The notes below the pieces were generated by a model. That model was not told the DNA's origin and ran no database searches. It saw only the letters and a list, made by a program, of their open reading frames with translations. The translations under genes were made by a program, and so were the position numbers. Shown here piece by piece: positions 29,936 to 37,945 of a stretch of 64,000 nucleotides of DNA. The stretch is taken from the IMG/VR virus record IMGVR_UViG_3300023109_000008. One strand, 5' to 3'. Position 1 is the first letter of the stretch. Every line of letters begins with the position of its first letter. This DNA comes from an uncultured virus (IMG/VR IMGVR_UViG_3300023109_000008). Lineage: Duplodnaviria; Heunggongvirae; Uroviricota; Caudoviricetes.

Positions 29936-30634
29936 TTAGGTGTATTGTTTATAATACTTCCATGTGTGAGGTAGATTCATTTCATGCGTAAAGTGTACTA
30001 ACTTGATGTCTTCATGAAAGTCACCAAACCACGCATACTCATTACCAGTAACGTCTTCATATTTCTTATTGAAACGGTTTTGCCACTCAGTGTATAGATC
30101 AGGAAGTACATCATTCTGACTCAACCACCGTGTCTGCCATGCAGATGGTAGATAGATCAGTTCCAGTTCTTCTTTAACCGCATCCTCAACAAAATACTGT
30201 TCTCCATTTACAGGCCCACTTGTGATACCTGCACGAATGTAGAATTTCTGCCAATGTTCTACGTCTGTCATAAACTTCTCGTAGATGTACCGACAATCAT
30301 TCGGATAGTATTTGTAGAAACCACCATTCAAAGAATAGTCTGGATGCAGAGTGTCTCTCCACCATGCTCGCATAGCAAGAAACTGTCCACGTTCCACAGG
30401 AAAATCAAAACACTTTTTGTAGTCGTTAATCAGAAGAAGATCGATATCGATTACGCACACTGGTTCATCGATGTCCATATCCATTACAGACATCTTGTTC
30501 CATTGTAGTTCTACACGATTATCGTAAGGTTCACGAATCCAGACGACTTCGTAGTCGTCTCCTAGTTTCGATTCGATATAGTCTTCATATTCGGGCCCAT
30601 ATTTGTTCCCGATTCTCACAACAAAAATTTTCAT
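29936..30634 (-). CDS. GT-A glycosyltransferase-like protein (paralog of 23022..23810)
   Basis: GNKYGPEY, QWNKM, IDID, LNGGF, VNGEQYF, LVHF; start MKIFVV. Confidence 0.65.
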   Translation of the reverse strand: MKIFVVRIGNKYGPEYEDYIESKLGDDYEVVWIREPYDNRVELQWNKMSVMDMDIDEPVCVIDIDLLLINDYKKCFDFPVERGQFLAMRAWWRDTLHPDYSLNGGFYKYYPNDCRYIYEKFMTDVEHWQKFYIRAGITSGPVNGEQYFVEDAVKEELELIYLPSAWQTRWLSQNDVLPDLYTEWQNRFNKKYEDVTGNEYAWFGDFHEDIKLVHFTHEMNLPHTWKYYKQYT

Positions 30635-30638
30635 ATTT

Positions 30639-31151
30639 TTAATCTTCCGATTCTGTGTCGGACTCATCCGCTCCTTCAGGTTCACCCAAAGCAATAACTA
30701 GATCGATAACCTCTTTGTAGGTTTTCGCTTGGCGGATTGCACGCTTCACAGAAGTGTCTTCACACTGGACGACTGCTTCTTCATCAAACGCTTCAATCTT
30801 AAACTTGAAAAGTTTTTCCGCTTCGATCTTGTCTTCTTCCAGTTTTAGGAAGTTATAGATCTTTTTGAACCCAAGTTCAGAAGTATCAATGATGCCTTCA
30901 CGTGCTGCGATCAACATACATTCTTTCTCGAATGCTTTACGTGCACGACGACGATACTCTTTGGTAGACTGTTCTACCTTAGTTTCGTTCCAACCCTCTG
31001 CAATGAGGTCTTGATAGTTCGCATCAGTCTCGTCGACGTTTACGAAAAACCTACGGATCTTATCATCAGATCCTCTCCATTCAACATTGATAATTGACTT
31101 TTCCTGATCGAAAAAATACACATCAATAATGTTGTTACTAAATTCAGCCAT
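30639..31151 (-). CDS. Hypothetical protein, possible tail-fibre assembly/chaperone
   Basis: Follows two virion-type genes; LFKFKIEAF...IRQAKT motif. Confidence 0.45.
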   Translation of the reverse strand: MAEFSNNIIDVYFFDQEKSIINVEWRGSDDKIRRFFVNVDETDANYQDLIAEGWNETKVEQSTKEYRRRARKAFEKECMLIAAREGIIDTSELGFKKIYNFLKLEEDKIEAEKLFKFKIEAFDEEAVVQCEDTSVKRAIRQAKTYKEVIDLVIALGEPEGADESDTESED

Positions 31152-31170
31152 TTTAAATTCACTCCTTCAG

Positions 31171-32148
31171 TTAGCTTTTAGTTACATATAAACCATATGT
31201 TGTAATTGTTGTTGGAACCCCATTCGGGAATTCCTGTGTTCTATAGTCGTTTGCATTTACTAGACGTGTAGTATACCCATCTGCAGAGAATCCGTCAAGC
31301 GTTGTATCAACAATTGCAGTTCCACAGAGGTTTGCACCAGCGGGTGCGTTGACAACTTGGTGTATTTCAAAGTTGATTTGTTGACCAGTTTCATTCTCAG
31401 TTGCGTATCGAATGTATTCCGATAGGATAAAGTCCCAGTCCGTATCTGAGTATGTTTGTAAGTCTGTTACGCCACCAGTTGTATTTATCATGAGTGGCAC
31501 ATCTGCGCCTGCAGCTGCATCACCATTCCACTGGTGTAGATAGTAGTTGTTTACGTCTTCTGGTTGGTCTTGCGCTTCTGGAATACCACCAGATGTATAC
31601 GCATCTGGATCTGCACGTGTATCTGTAAATATTGGGGATGCATCTACAAGAGTTGCGCCTGCAAGTGAGTTACTTGTACTAATTGTATAAGATCCTGCCT
31701 TCTTTGAGGTGTCTGACTCTGTATTCCCTGCCGCAAGTAAATCAGTCGCCTGATCAACAAAAGTATCGATCATGTCCTGTTGAGTCATTGCTCTGATCTC
31801 ACCAGTCGCCGTATCCCAATAACAAGGATAACTTTTGTTGATATCTACTGGATATGCCGAGGGACTAGATTTTGACTGAGAGATTTTATCATATGTCGTG
31901 GTGATCGTGGAGATATCTGGTGTCGCTGCTTCGGTTGCGTATGTAGTTGTACCTGTTGTGAAAGTACCTGCTTGGTATCTCGTATCAACCATCGCAGCTA
32001 ATGTACCTGCGGATGCAACAACAGAGAGCGTTACGGTCTCGTTACCAGAGTACGCATTGTTCATGCGTTCACAAATCGCAGTAACCTGCGCAATTGACAT
32101 TTCTTGGACTTCGGTTCCATCCCAGTATAAGGGTGCTCGCACTGCCAT
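31171..32148 (-). CDS. Putative virion structural (tail/fibre) protein
   Basis: Thr/Ala/Asp-rich; MAVRAPLYW start; ends QEFPNG..TTITTY.L.VTKS; paralog of 32164..33120. Confidence 0.6.
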   Translation of the reverse strand: MAVRAPLYWDGTEVQEMSIAQVTAICERMNNAYSGNETVTLSVVASAGTLAAMVDTRYQAGTFTTGTTTYATEAATPDISTITTTYDKISQSKSSPSAYPVDINKSYPCYWDTATGEIRAMTQQDMIDTFVDQATDLLAAGNTESDTSKKAGSYTISTSNSLAGATLVDASPIFTDTRADPDAYTSGGIPEAQDQPEDVNNYYLHQWNGDAAAGADVPLMINTTGGVTDLQTYSDTDWDFILSEYIRYATENETGQQINFEIHQVVNAPAGANLCGTAIVDTTLDGFSADGYTTRLVNANDYRTQEFPNGVPTTITTYGLYVTKS

Positions 32149-32163
32149 TTTAAAAATTTCCCT

Positions 32164-33120
32164 CTAAGATTTTGTAACAGTTAAGTTATATGTATTTATG
32201 GTAGTTTCAATACCGTTCGGAAACTCCTGAGTTTCGTAATAGTTGTCATAGATCCCCAAAGGTTTCTGAGTATATCCTGCTGCAGACGTTCCATTAAGTC
32301 TTGTATCAAGCATTGGTGAACCACGATTAGTCCCACCAACCACATTTATGTTATACCTAATTCTGTGTGCAGCTGCAGTATCATTTGCAGCTGTATGTCT
32401 GATAGTGTCTTCTAAAAGATTATTCAATTCTGTATCTGACATCTGTTGAATATGTGGATCAGTTCTACTTGTAAGTTTCAGAGGTTTTTGTGATAACGCT
32501 GCTGGTGTTGTATTCTTGTACCGATAAAGTTTGTATGAGTCCACAGTTTCTGGTTGATCTTTAGTTTCTGGAATACCAACCGCCGTGAACTTACTAACAT
32601 CTGCAATCGTGTTTATAAAGATTGGAGTATTATCAACAGCTTCTACGGTGTTGGGTATTGAGGTTGATGCATCAGAAATGACTGTATACCCTGCAACAGT
32701 TGATGTCAACAACTTATCAATCGCAGGTTTAATGAATGTATCTACAAAATCACCACGTGTCATTGTTCGCACATCAGACCCTGTTTGGTAAGTGGGAAAC
32801 GCAATGTTATCAGTGTTTGTGGGATACGATGTGCCACTTGCAACCGTTTGATCAATTCTATCGTTAGAAATTACAACTTCTTCGATATCTGGAGTTTCAG
32901 CTTCAGTCGAATATCTACCAGATCTTCTTGTTGCATCACCCGCTTCGAAACGTGTGTCATTCATCGCATTTAAATTACCATTATCACTTACCACGTCTAA
33001 CGTGACTGAAGGGTTGTTGTTATACAACGCAACAGCACGATCAACGATATCATCTATCATCGCATCGGACATGGGCCTGAGGCCATCACCTGTCCAGTAA
33101 AGGGGTCTTCTCACAGCCAT
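32164..33120 (-). CDS. Putative virion structural (tail/fibre) protein
   Basis: MAVRRPLYW start; DTR.AG, DQPE, QEFPNG motifs shared with the downstream gene. Confidence 0.6.
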   Translation of the reverse strand: MAVRRPLYWTGDGLRPMSDAMIDDIVDRAVALYNNNPSVTLDVVSDNGNLNAMNDTRFEAGDATRRSGRYSTEAETPDIEEVVISNDRIDQTVASGTSYPTNTDNIAFPTYQTGSDVRTMTRGDFVDTFIKPAIDKLLTSTVAGYTVISDASTSIPNTVEAVDNTPIFINTIADVSKFTAVGIPETKDQPETVDSYKLYRYKNTTPAALSQKPLKLTSRTDPHIQQMSDTELNNLLEDTIRHTAANDTAAAHRIRYNINVVGGTNRGSPMLDTRLNGTSAAGYTQKPLGIYDNYYETQEFPNGIETTINTYNLTVTKS

Positions 33121-33135
33121 AGTCTTTGCCCTCTC

Positions 33136-33321
33136 TTATGCTTCTGGTGGGCCAAATACTGTTTTCAACACATTACCCGCCGAATCATAAATGATGATTT
33201 TATTAGCCGCTTCTCTTATTGCGTCTTCAATCGTTTCTACTGTTACCGCATCCGTGGCCTCAATATTTTCGAGTTCCTTGGAGTTGTCGATAACAGTAAC
33301 TGTTCCAACTTTGAAAGCCAT
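33136..33321 (-). CDS. Small virion/tail-associated protein
   Basis: MAFKVGTVTVIDNS and IYDSAGNVLKT motifs typical of fibre modules; late-like CATAAATA upstream. Confidence 0.5.
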   Translation of the reverse strand: MAFKVGTVTVIDNSKELENIEATDAVTVETIEDAIREAANKIIIYDSAGNVLKTVFGPPEA

Positions 33322-33384
33322 TTTATATTTCCTTTAGAGTTTGTTATCTATTATGGGTCTCAAAATATTTATGCCAAACGTAAA

Positions 33385-33715
33385 ACGGGCCCTTTCTGTT
33401 GCTAGGTGGAACCCATACCCCCTGCGGCTACGCTGCTAGGCGTAACTCAGATGGTGCGAAATTATCATTTGCACTTATAGTTTTTGACCGAATAACGTAG
33501 GTCACCACGGTAATCTCCACTCAACTATCCCGCCTGTCGATCCTAGTTCAGCCCCATCATAAAGACATTCTCATAAATGATACCATAGTATTAGTAAACC
33601 CTATTTTACATCGATTACTAATACTATGATGTTAGTTCAAATGTCCTTATGGTGGAGCTGTGGGGTACTGCCCCCCAGTCCAGTTCGTATTCGCTTTGCT
33701 TCAACAATTACATCT
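33385..33715 (-). ncRNA. ssrA: Circularly permuted two-piece tmRNA (alphaproteobacterial type)
   Basis: Acceptor piece ends GGGGGCAGUACCCCACAGCUCCACCA (3' end 33650); coding piece starts GGGGCUGAACUAGGAUCGAC (33555); acceptor stem has G3:U70; tag ORF 33472-33428 encodes ANDNFAPSELRLAA*; outer ends approximate. Confidence 0.93.
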
Positions 33716-33719
33716 TTAC

Positions 33720-33908
33720 TTAGTCCATGTCCATGACTAAGAATTCTTTGTCTAACCATTTGCGTTCTTTTTTGTTATACGCTTTCTTGATCTTTTTGCA
33801 AACTTTAGATCTTTGTGTATAACAGTAGAACTCACGTGCGTCAGTTAACACATCCCACTCATCACCAGAGTTCATAGGTTTTCTTGGTAGTCTACTATTT
33901 CTCTGCAT
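33720..33908 (-). CDS. Small basic hypothetical protein
   Basis: 62 aa, GDEWDVLT...KKIKKAYNKKERK; SD GGAAG. Confidence 0.6.
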   Translation of the reverse strand: MQRNSRLPRKPMNSGDEWDVLTDAREFYCYTQRSKVCKKIKKAYNKKERKWLDKEFLVMDMD

Positions 33909-33920
33909 CTAATCTTCCTT

Positions 33921-34094
33921 CTATGAAACCTCTAAACAGGGTGCGTCTACCTTCCAGTAAACACCTTCTACATAGACTGCATCCATAGAGGAAACAGCCT
34001 TACAAGATTCTTCATCTTTGAAACCTAAAATCTTATGTGGATTCAAAACATGACCATCCACAGGTTCGAGTGCAATTAGTGTTAACAACCACAT
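33921..34094 (-). CDS. Hypothetical protein (57 aa)
   Basis: Hand translation MWLLTLIALEPVDGHVLNPHK...; directly downstream of a consensus sigma70 promoter. Confidence 0.55.
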   Translation of the reverse strand: MWLLTLIALEPVDGHVLNPHKILGFKDEESCKAVSSMDAVYVEGVYWKVDAPCLEVS

Positions 34095-34125
34095 ATTTCA
34101 TTTCCAATTTTGTTTTTACATCATC

Positions 34126-34154
34126 ATTATACGACATTTTTTTATACTTGTCAA
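34126..34154 (-). promoter_or_regulatory. sigma70-type promoter, likely driving two small ORFs and the tmRNA
   Basis: TTGACA-N17-TATAAT. Confidence 0.8.
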
Positions 34155-34167
34155 TACCCAATAAGAC

Positions 34168-34179
34168 TATTTATAAATA
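34168..34179. promoter_or_regulatory. Overlapping bidirectional T4-type late promoters
   Basis: Palindrome TATTTATAAATA gives TATAAATA on both strands. Confidence 0.65.
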
Positions 34180-34229
34180 ATGTAAGTGAATTCTTCGGCA
34201 TGTATCTTTAATTATCCAAGGAGTTTCCT

Positions 34230-34556
34230 ATGTCTGAAGAAGATATGAAGAAAGCAGGTTACCACCCTGCAGACGTAAACGGTGATGGTTCAGTAGACGA
34301 TGACGAAAAAGCCATGTACCTAGAATTTAAAAGAAAAGCGCTAGAAGACCAAGACGCACAGCGTGATGCAATGCGTAATATGACTTGGTTCGCCCTTTTC
34401 GGAATGCTGTTGTATCCATTCGCCATCGTACTTACTGCGTACTTTGGACTAGAGACAGCCGCAGGTATTGTTGGTGATATTGCTCCAACATATTTTGTTG
34501 CTATCTCTGCATTGGTTGCTGCATTCTTTGGAGCAGACGCTCTCCGTAAGAAGTAA
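34230..34556 (+). CDS. Membrane protein with N-terminal EF-hand-like loop (holin candidate)
   Basis: DVNGDGSVDDDE loop, two TM segments, basic C-terminus; SD AAGGAG; late promoter upstream. Confidence 0.6.
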   Translation: MSEEDMKKAGYHPADVNGDGSVDDDEKAMYLEFKRKALEDQDAQRDAMRNMTWFALFGMLLYPFAIVLTAYFGLETAAGIVGDIAPTYFVAISALVAAFFGADALRKK

Positions 34557-35084
34557 TCAGTAATACCTATAGAAGATATGTTGACCAATACGACCTATCT
34601 GATATAAATCTTTAGACCATGAAGGTGTGACATACTTCGCATGATAATGTGTTGCACCTTCGGTCAACCCTCTATACTTCCCATATATCATAATAGAAAA
34701 GGCGACCATTTGGGCGCTTGACCAAGATTGTTCGTCTTTTGGTATGTCTGCCTTACCGTCACAGTACCAAGAGAACTGACACATATTGCGAACCATAACC
34801 ATTTTACTTGGATCTTTCCAAGAAGGTTTTTGTTTCCCTTGGTGTACAACTTCACAGACAGTGTTTGGATAACGATCACTCGCCACACGATTCAACACAA
34901 CATCACTCACTGCGTATTGACCAGCGAGACTATCTGAACGTGTCTCATAGTATACGTTCAATGCGAGACATTTCATCTCTTCCCAATCTACATCGGTAGA
35001 CGACTCAGATGCAGGTACTGCACCAGATAACATCATTGATGCCGCTACTGCAGCCATAACTAATTTTTTCATTTCTGCTCTCAT
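34557..35084 (-). CDS. Cell wall hydrolase (SleB/Hydrolase_2 family)
   Basis: Signal peptide, CLALNVYYETR, VLNRV, CQFSWYCDG, GATHYHA, IGQHIFY. Confidence 0.9.
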   Translation of the reverse strand: MRAEMKKLVMAAVAASMMLSGAVPASESSTDVDWEEMKCLALNVYYETRSDSLAGQYAVSDVVLNRVASDRYPNTVCEVVHQGKQKPSWKDPSKMVMVRNMCQFSWYCDGKADIPKDEQSWSSAQMVAFSIMIYGKYRGLTEGATHYHAKYVTPSWSKDLYQIGRIGQHIFYRYY

Positions 35085-35114
35085 TTGTTGATTCTATTGA
35101 TCATTTGTAGAACA

Positions 35115-35143
35115 ATTATACACCCTGTTATTTCATAAGTCAA
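35115..35143 (-). promoter_or_regulatory. sigma70-type promoter of the SleB-like gene
   Basis: TTGACT-N17-TATAAT. Confidence 0.7.
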
Positions 35144-35225
35144 GCCTAAATATTCCCGACAAGTCCGTTTCGCTTGTCATCCAAGCGAGCGCAGGGGTAA
35201 AGCCTGCAAGCATAAGGAGAAAGAA

Positions 35226-36197
35226 ATGGAACTACTTACTATGTGGAGCCTCATTGGGTTCCTAATGGCGGCGTATGCCGTTATCGCAAACGATTCAGTG
35301 CAAACTCTCGGCACATGGATGGCATCAAACAATGAGAGATTCCACTACAGAACACTATGGGCAGCCGCAAGTGCAGTGTTACTTGCAACCCTGTGGTATG
35401 GGTGGAGTGTAAATGGTGGAGACATCAGTTACGAACGACTAAACAAAATACCTTGGCAAGAGGTTCAATGGTATCATGCAGCCGCACCTGCAATCCTCGT
35501 ATTACTAACGAGAATAGGTGTACCAGTATCAACTTCATTCCTAGTATTGTCAGTCTTTGCAAGTACATTTGTTCTTGAGAAGATGTTGATGAAGTCTATC
35601 ATGGGATATGGTGTTGCAGCCGCATTTGCATATGCAATCTGGTTCGCAATACACAAGTATACAGGTAAGTGGTTTGATGAGACTCAACCAGTCACCGAAA
35701 GTAATAAGAAGTTCTGGCGCATCGCCCAGTGGGTTGCAACAGGTGGACTGTGGTGGACATGGTTGTCACATGACATGGCAAACATTGCAGTATTCTTACC
35801 ACGTCAAGTACCAGTTGATTTGATGATATTCATATCATTTATATTTGTCGCTGGACTGTTCTTTATGTTCAGAGAGAAGGGTGGTAAGATTCAGAAGATC
35901 GTATTAGAGAAACACAACACTCGTTACGTGAGATCTGCAACACTGATCGACTTGTTCTATTGGTTGTGTCTGTACTTCTTTAAGGAATTGAATGATATTC
36001 CTATGAGTACAACATGGGTGTTCGTTGGTTTGCTTGCAGGGCGTGAACTTGCAATGGCAACGTACTTCGGTAAGAAGAAAACTAAATCAGTATTCCCATT
36101 GGTTGCCAAAGACTTTGGTAAGATGATGGTAGGACTTGGTGCATCAGTTGCACTTGTTCTGATGATACATTATATTATTGTTCCAAACGGATTATAA
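35226..36197 (+). CDS. Polytopic membrane transporter, PiT/PHO4-like
   Basis: About 10 TM helices; duplicated ANDSVQ/SHDMAN and PVSTS/PMSTT motifs echo the PiT repeat signature. Confidence 0.6.
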   Translation: MELLTMWSLIGFLMAAYAVIANDSVQTLGTWMASNNERFHYRTLWAAASAVLLATLWYGWSVNGGDISYERLNKIPWQEVQWYHAAAPAILVLLTRIGVPVSTSFLVLSVFASTFVLEKMLMKSIMGYGVAAAFAYAIWFAIHKYTGKWFDETQPVTESNKKFWRIAQWVATGGLWWTWLSHDMANIAVFLPRQVPVDLMIFISFIFVAGLFFMFREKGGKIQKIVLEKHNTRYVRSATLIDLFYWLCLYFFKELNDIPMSTTWVFVGLLAGRELAMATYFGKKKTKSVFPLVAKDFGKMMVGLGASVALVLMIHYIIVPNGL

Positions 36198-36230
36198 TAT
36201 AGAAGAGTAGAAACGGTACTCTAAACGAGA

Positions 36231-36257
36231 AAGGGGATCCTAAGATCCCCTTTTTTT
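36231..36257. terminator. Bidirectional intrinsic terminator
   Basis: GGGGATC-CTAA-GATCCCC followed by T7, A-run on other side, between convergent genes. Confidence 0.8.
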
Positions 36258-36432
36258 ATGCCGCATTCTTTGCGTTCTGAATTTCCGCTCGCCTGTCTTT
36301 TGCGAGTTTTGTGATTTCTGATAGTGCTTTCCTTGCACGTGCAGCGGATGCTTTCACACCCTTCTCTTCAAAAGACTCAGTCTCTTTCACGTAGTCTGCG
36401 AACGCCTGTTCGATTTGTTCATGTAGTGTCAT
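36256..36432 (-). CDS. Histone H1-like (Hc1-type) small DNA-binding protein
   Basis: Hand translation MTLHEQIEQAFADYVKETESFEEKGVKASAARARKALSEITKLAKDRRAEIQNAKNAA; SD AGGAG. Confidence 0.7.
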   Translation of the reverse strand: MTLHEQIEQAFADYVKETESFEEKGVKASAARARKALSEITKLAKDRRAEIQNAKNAA

Positions 36433-36480
36433 TATATTCTCCTGTTAATAATAAAAGAAACCCAGAAGGGTTAAATCTAT

Positions 36481-36948
36481 TTATTCAGGAAGAACATAGT
36501 CAGCTGGGACGATACCAACAAGGTGTATTCTATCCTCTTTAGAAGCATTGATGGCAGTGTGTTTTAGTCTAGTGTCGACCAGATACACAGTACCATCTGC
36601 AGGCATGTATTGTACTTCGTCGTCGAGGACTAGGAAACAACGTTCGTTTGTGATTAGGGGAATATGAACTCTAGGCGTATAATCCATATGATACGTGTAA
36701 CACGTTCTTGGAGATAGGTTCATAAGACGAGTTCTTTTTAAACCAAGTTTTTCTATAATAGAATTTAGATATGGAATATGATCAAAGGTAGGATGGACGA
36801 ACTCGTATTCTTTATGAGAGATCTCAGTCACTCGTCCTGTTCCATAGAAAGGATCATCGCCAGGTTCTACACTCTGCAACATGATCTGTTCTTTAAACTT
36901 AGGGAGACTTTCTATTTCAAAAAGAATTCTTTCAATATCTACACGCAT
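36481..36948 (-). CDS. Asp/Asn beta-hydroxylase-like 2OG-Fe(II) oxygenase
   Basis: YHMD, RVHIPLITN, HTAIN, RIHLV. Confidence 0.75.
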   Translation of the reverse strand: MRVDIERILFEIESLPKFKEQIMLQSVEPGDDPFYGTGRVTEISHKEYEFVHPTFDHIPYLNSIIEKLGLKRTRLMNLSPRTCYTYHMDYTPRVHIPLITNERCFLVLDDEVQYMPADGTVYLVDTRLKHTAINASKEDRIHLVGIVPADYVLPE

Positions 36949-37370
36949 ACAGTTACTTCCTTTACTCTGTAAGGTTGGTGTAAAACCCACTTCACCATAT
37001 AAACTGCGTAGTCTATTTCCATTTTGGGCGCATCTATGTGGGCAGTTCTTTCGGAGTCAAAATATCCATAACGAATAATAGTAGTGTCATGACCTAATTG
37101 AAACAACTGATCATTGGCATGGTCAAGTGCCGCCTTCATAACTGCATAGGGTTTTGGTTCGGGATGAAAACAGTCTGGTGAATTCGACCCAATATTGATG
37201 ATCTTATTCACTCCTAGATCTACCGCTTGGTAGAGTTGGCGGACTTGTTCTACGCCATCATGTTTGCAGTTGATGAATACATTACACTCTTCAAGAGAGT
37301 CGCAGGTTTCAAAAACCTTGGATAGTTCATATCCAAGGCCCCTACGAGTTCCTGTAATATATGCTTTCAT
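36939..37370 (-). CDS. Minimal short-chain dehydrogenase-like protein
   Basis: ITGTRRGLG, INIGS, YAVMK; start at MKAY with SD GGAG. Confidence 0.7.
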   Translation of the reverse strand: MKAYITGTRRGLGYELSKVFETCDSLEECNVFINCKHDGVEQVRQLYQAVDLGVNKIINIGSNSPDCFHPEPKPYAVMKAALDHANDQLFQLGHDTTIIRYGYFDSERTAHIDAPKMEIDYAVYMVKWVLHQPYRVKEVTVCV

Positions 37371-37389
37371 TACAACTCCATAGTATAAG

Positions 37390-37550
37390 GTGTGGGCCGG
37401 ATTAAGGATTACCGACATCTACTCGCACAGGACGTTCCTGTCAAACTCGCTTTCGAACCTTCTTGCATCCGCTAAGACATGGCGCTAACCATCTTCAGAA
37501 GTACTTTATGGGCACGTCCACCCATTATTCAGTCACCACGATCCCACTCC
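37390..37550 (-). ncRNA. Structured RNA resembling the manA RNA motif
   Basis: Terminal GUGGG/CCCAC pairing; internal GAAUA..GGGUGG..GUGCCC..ACUUCUGA and GAUGUCGGU..AAUCCGG elements; adjacent to tRNA; family assignment from memory of the consensus. Confidence 0.55.
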
Positions 37551-37571
37551 GTCGAGTGAAAACTAAAAATT

Positions 37572-37645
37572 TGGAGCGGACGGAAGGAATCGAACCCTCA
37601 TCATCAGATTGGAAATCTGAGGTAATGCCACTATACGACATCCGC
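37572..37645 (-). tRNA. tRNA-Gly (TCC)
   Basis: Cloverleaf, anticodon arm TCAGA-TTTCCAA-TCTGA, GTTCGA T-loop, encoded CCA. Confidence 0.93.
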
Positions 37646-37647
37646 AT

Positions 37648-37890
37648 GTGTTTGATCAACACCACGATCAAACGTGCAGTAAATTAGAGTGACCCTCAAG
37701 TTGAGTAGTTGACCTTCTGCAATCTTTTTACAGTCAACTTCTGTTCAGCAACTCACTATCTCTTGGTACTGCTTTAATATCGGCCCGTCTTATTTTCTAA
37801 CGTGGCACAGGCTACCACAGACAACAGATCTCTTAAAGTCGTTTTCCATACTTTAGCATGGGGGAGTCGACAACCACTCACTGTGTCTTA
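37648..37890 (-). ncRNA. Unassigned ~240-nt structured RNA candidate
   Basis: No substantial ORF; own promoter; several hairpins and a long-range closing stem. Confidence 0.5.
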
Positions 37891-37897
37891 CCTTGTT

Positions 37898-37926
37898 AAT
37901 ATAACACTTGTTGCCTCAAAAGGCAA
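37898..37926 (-). promoter_or_regulatory. Early-type promoter of the ncRNA/tRNA-Gly operon
   Basis: TTGCCT-N17-TATATT followed by AAGGTAAG leader start. Confidence 0.75.
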
Positions 37927-37945
37927 GCGTTAAATTAAACTTTTT

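Noticed and set aside
573..33000. Many 60-214 aa ORFs on the + strand opposite the minus-strand genes (e.g. 4144..4788)
   Set aside because: They are shadow frames fully overlapping genes with clear family motifs, with no recognisable motifs of their own.
37463..37687. ORF-track entries overlapping RNA genes (37463..37687, 41348..41591, and the upstream extension of 36939..37418)
   Set aside because: They overlap tRNA or structured RNA, or lie antisense to the endolysin; the SDR has a better start with SD at 37370.
37648..37890. RNase P RNA assignment (contains AACAGAA)
   Set aside because: Lacks the GAGGAAAGUCC and CGGCUUA P4 elements.
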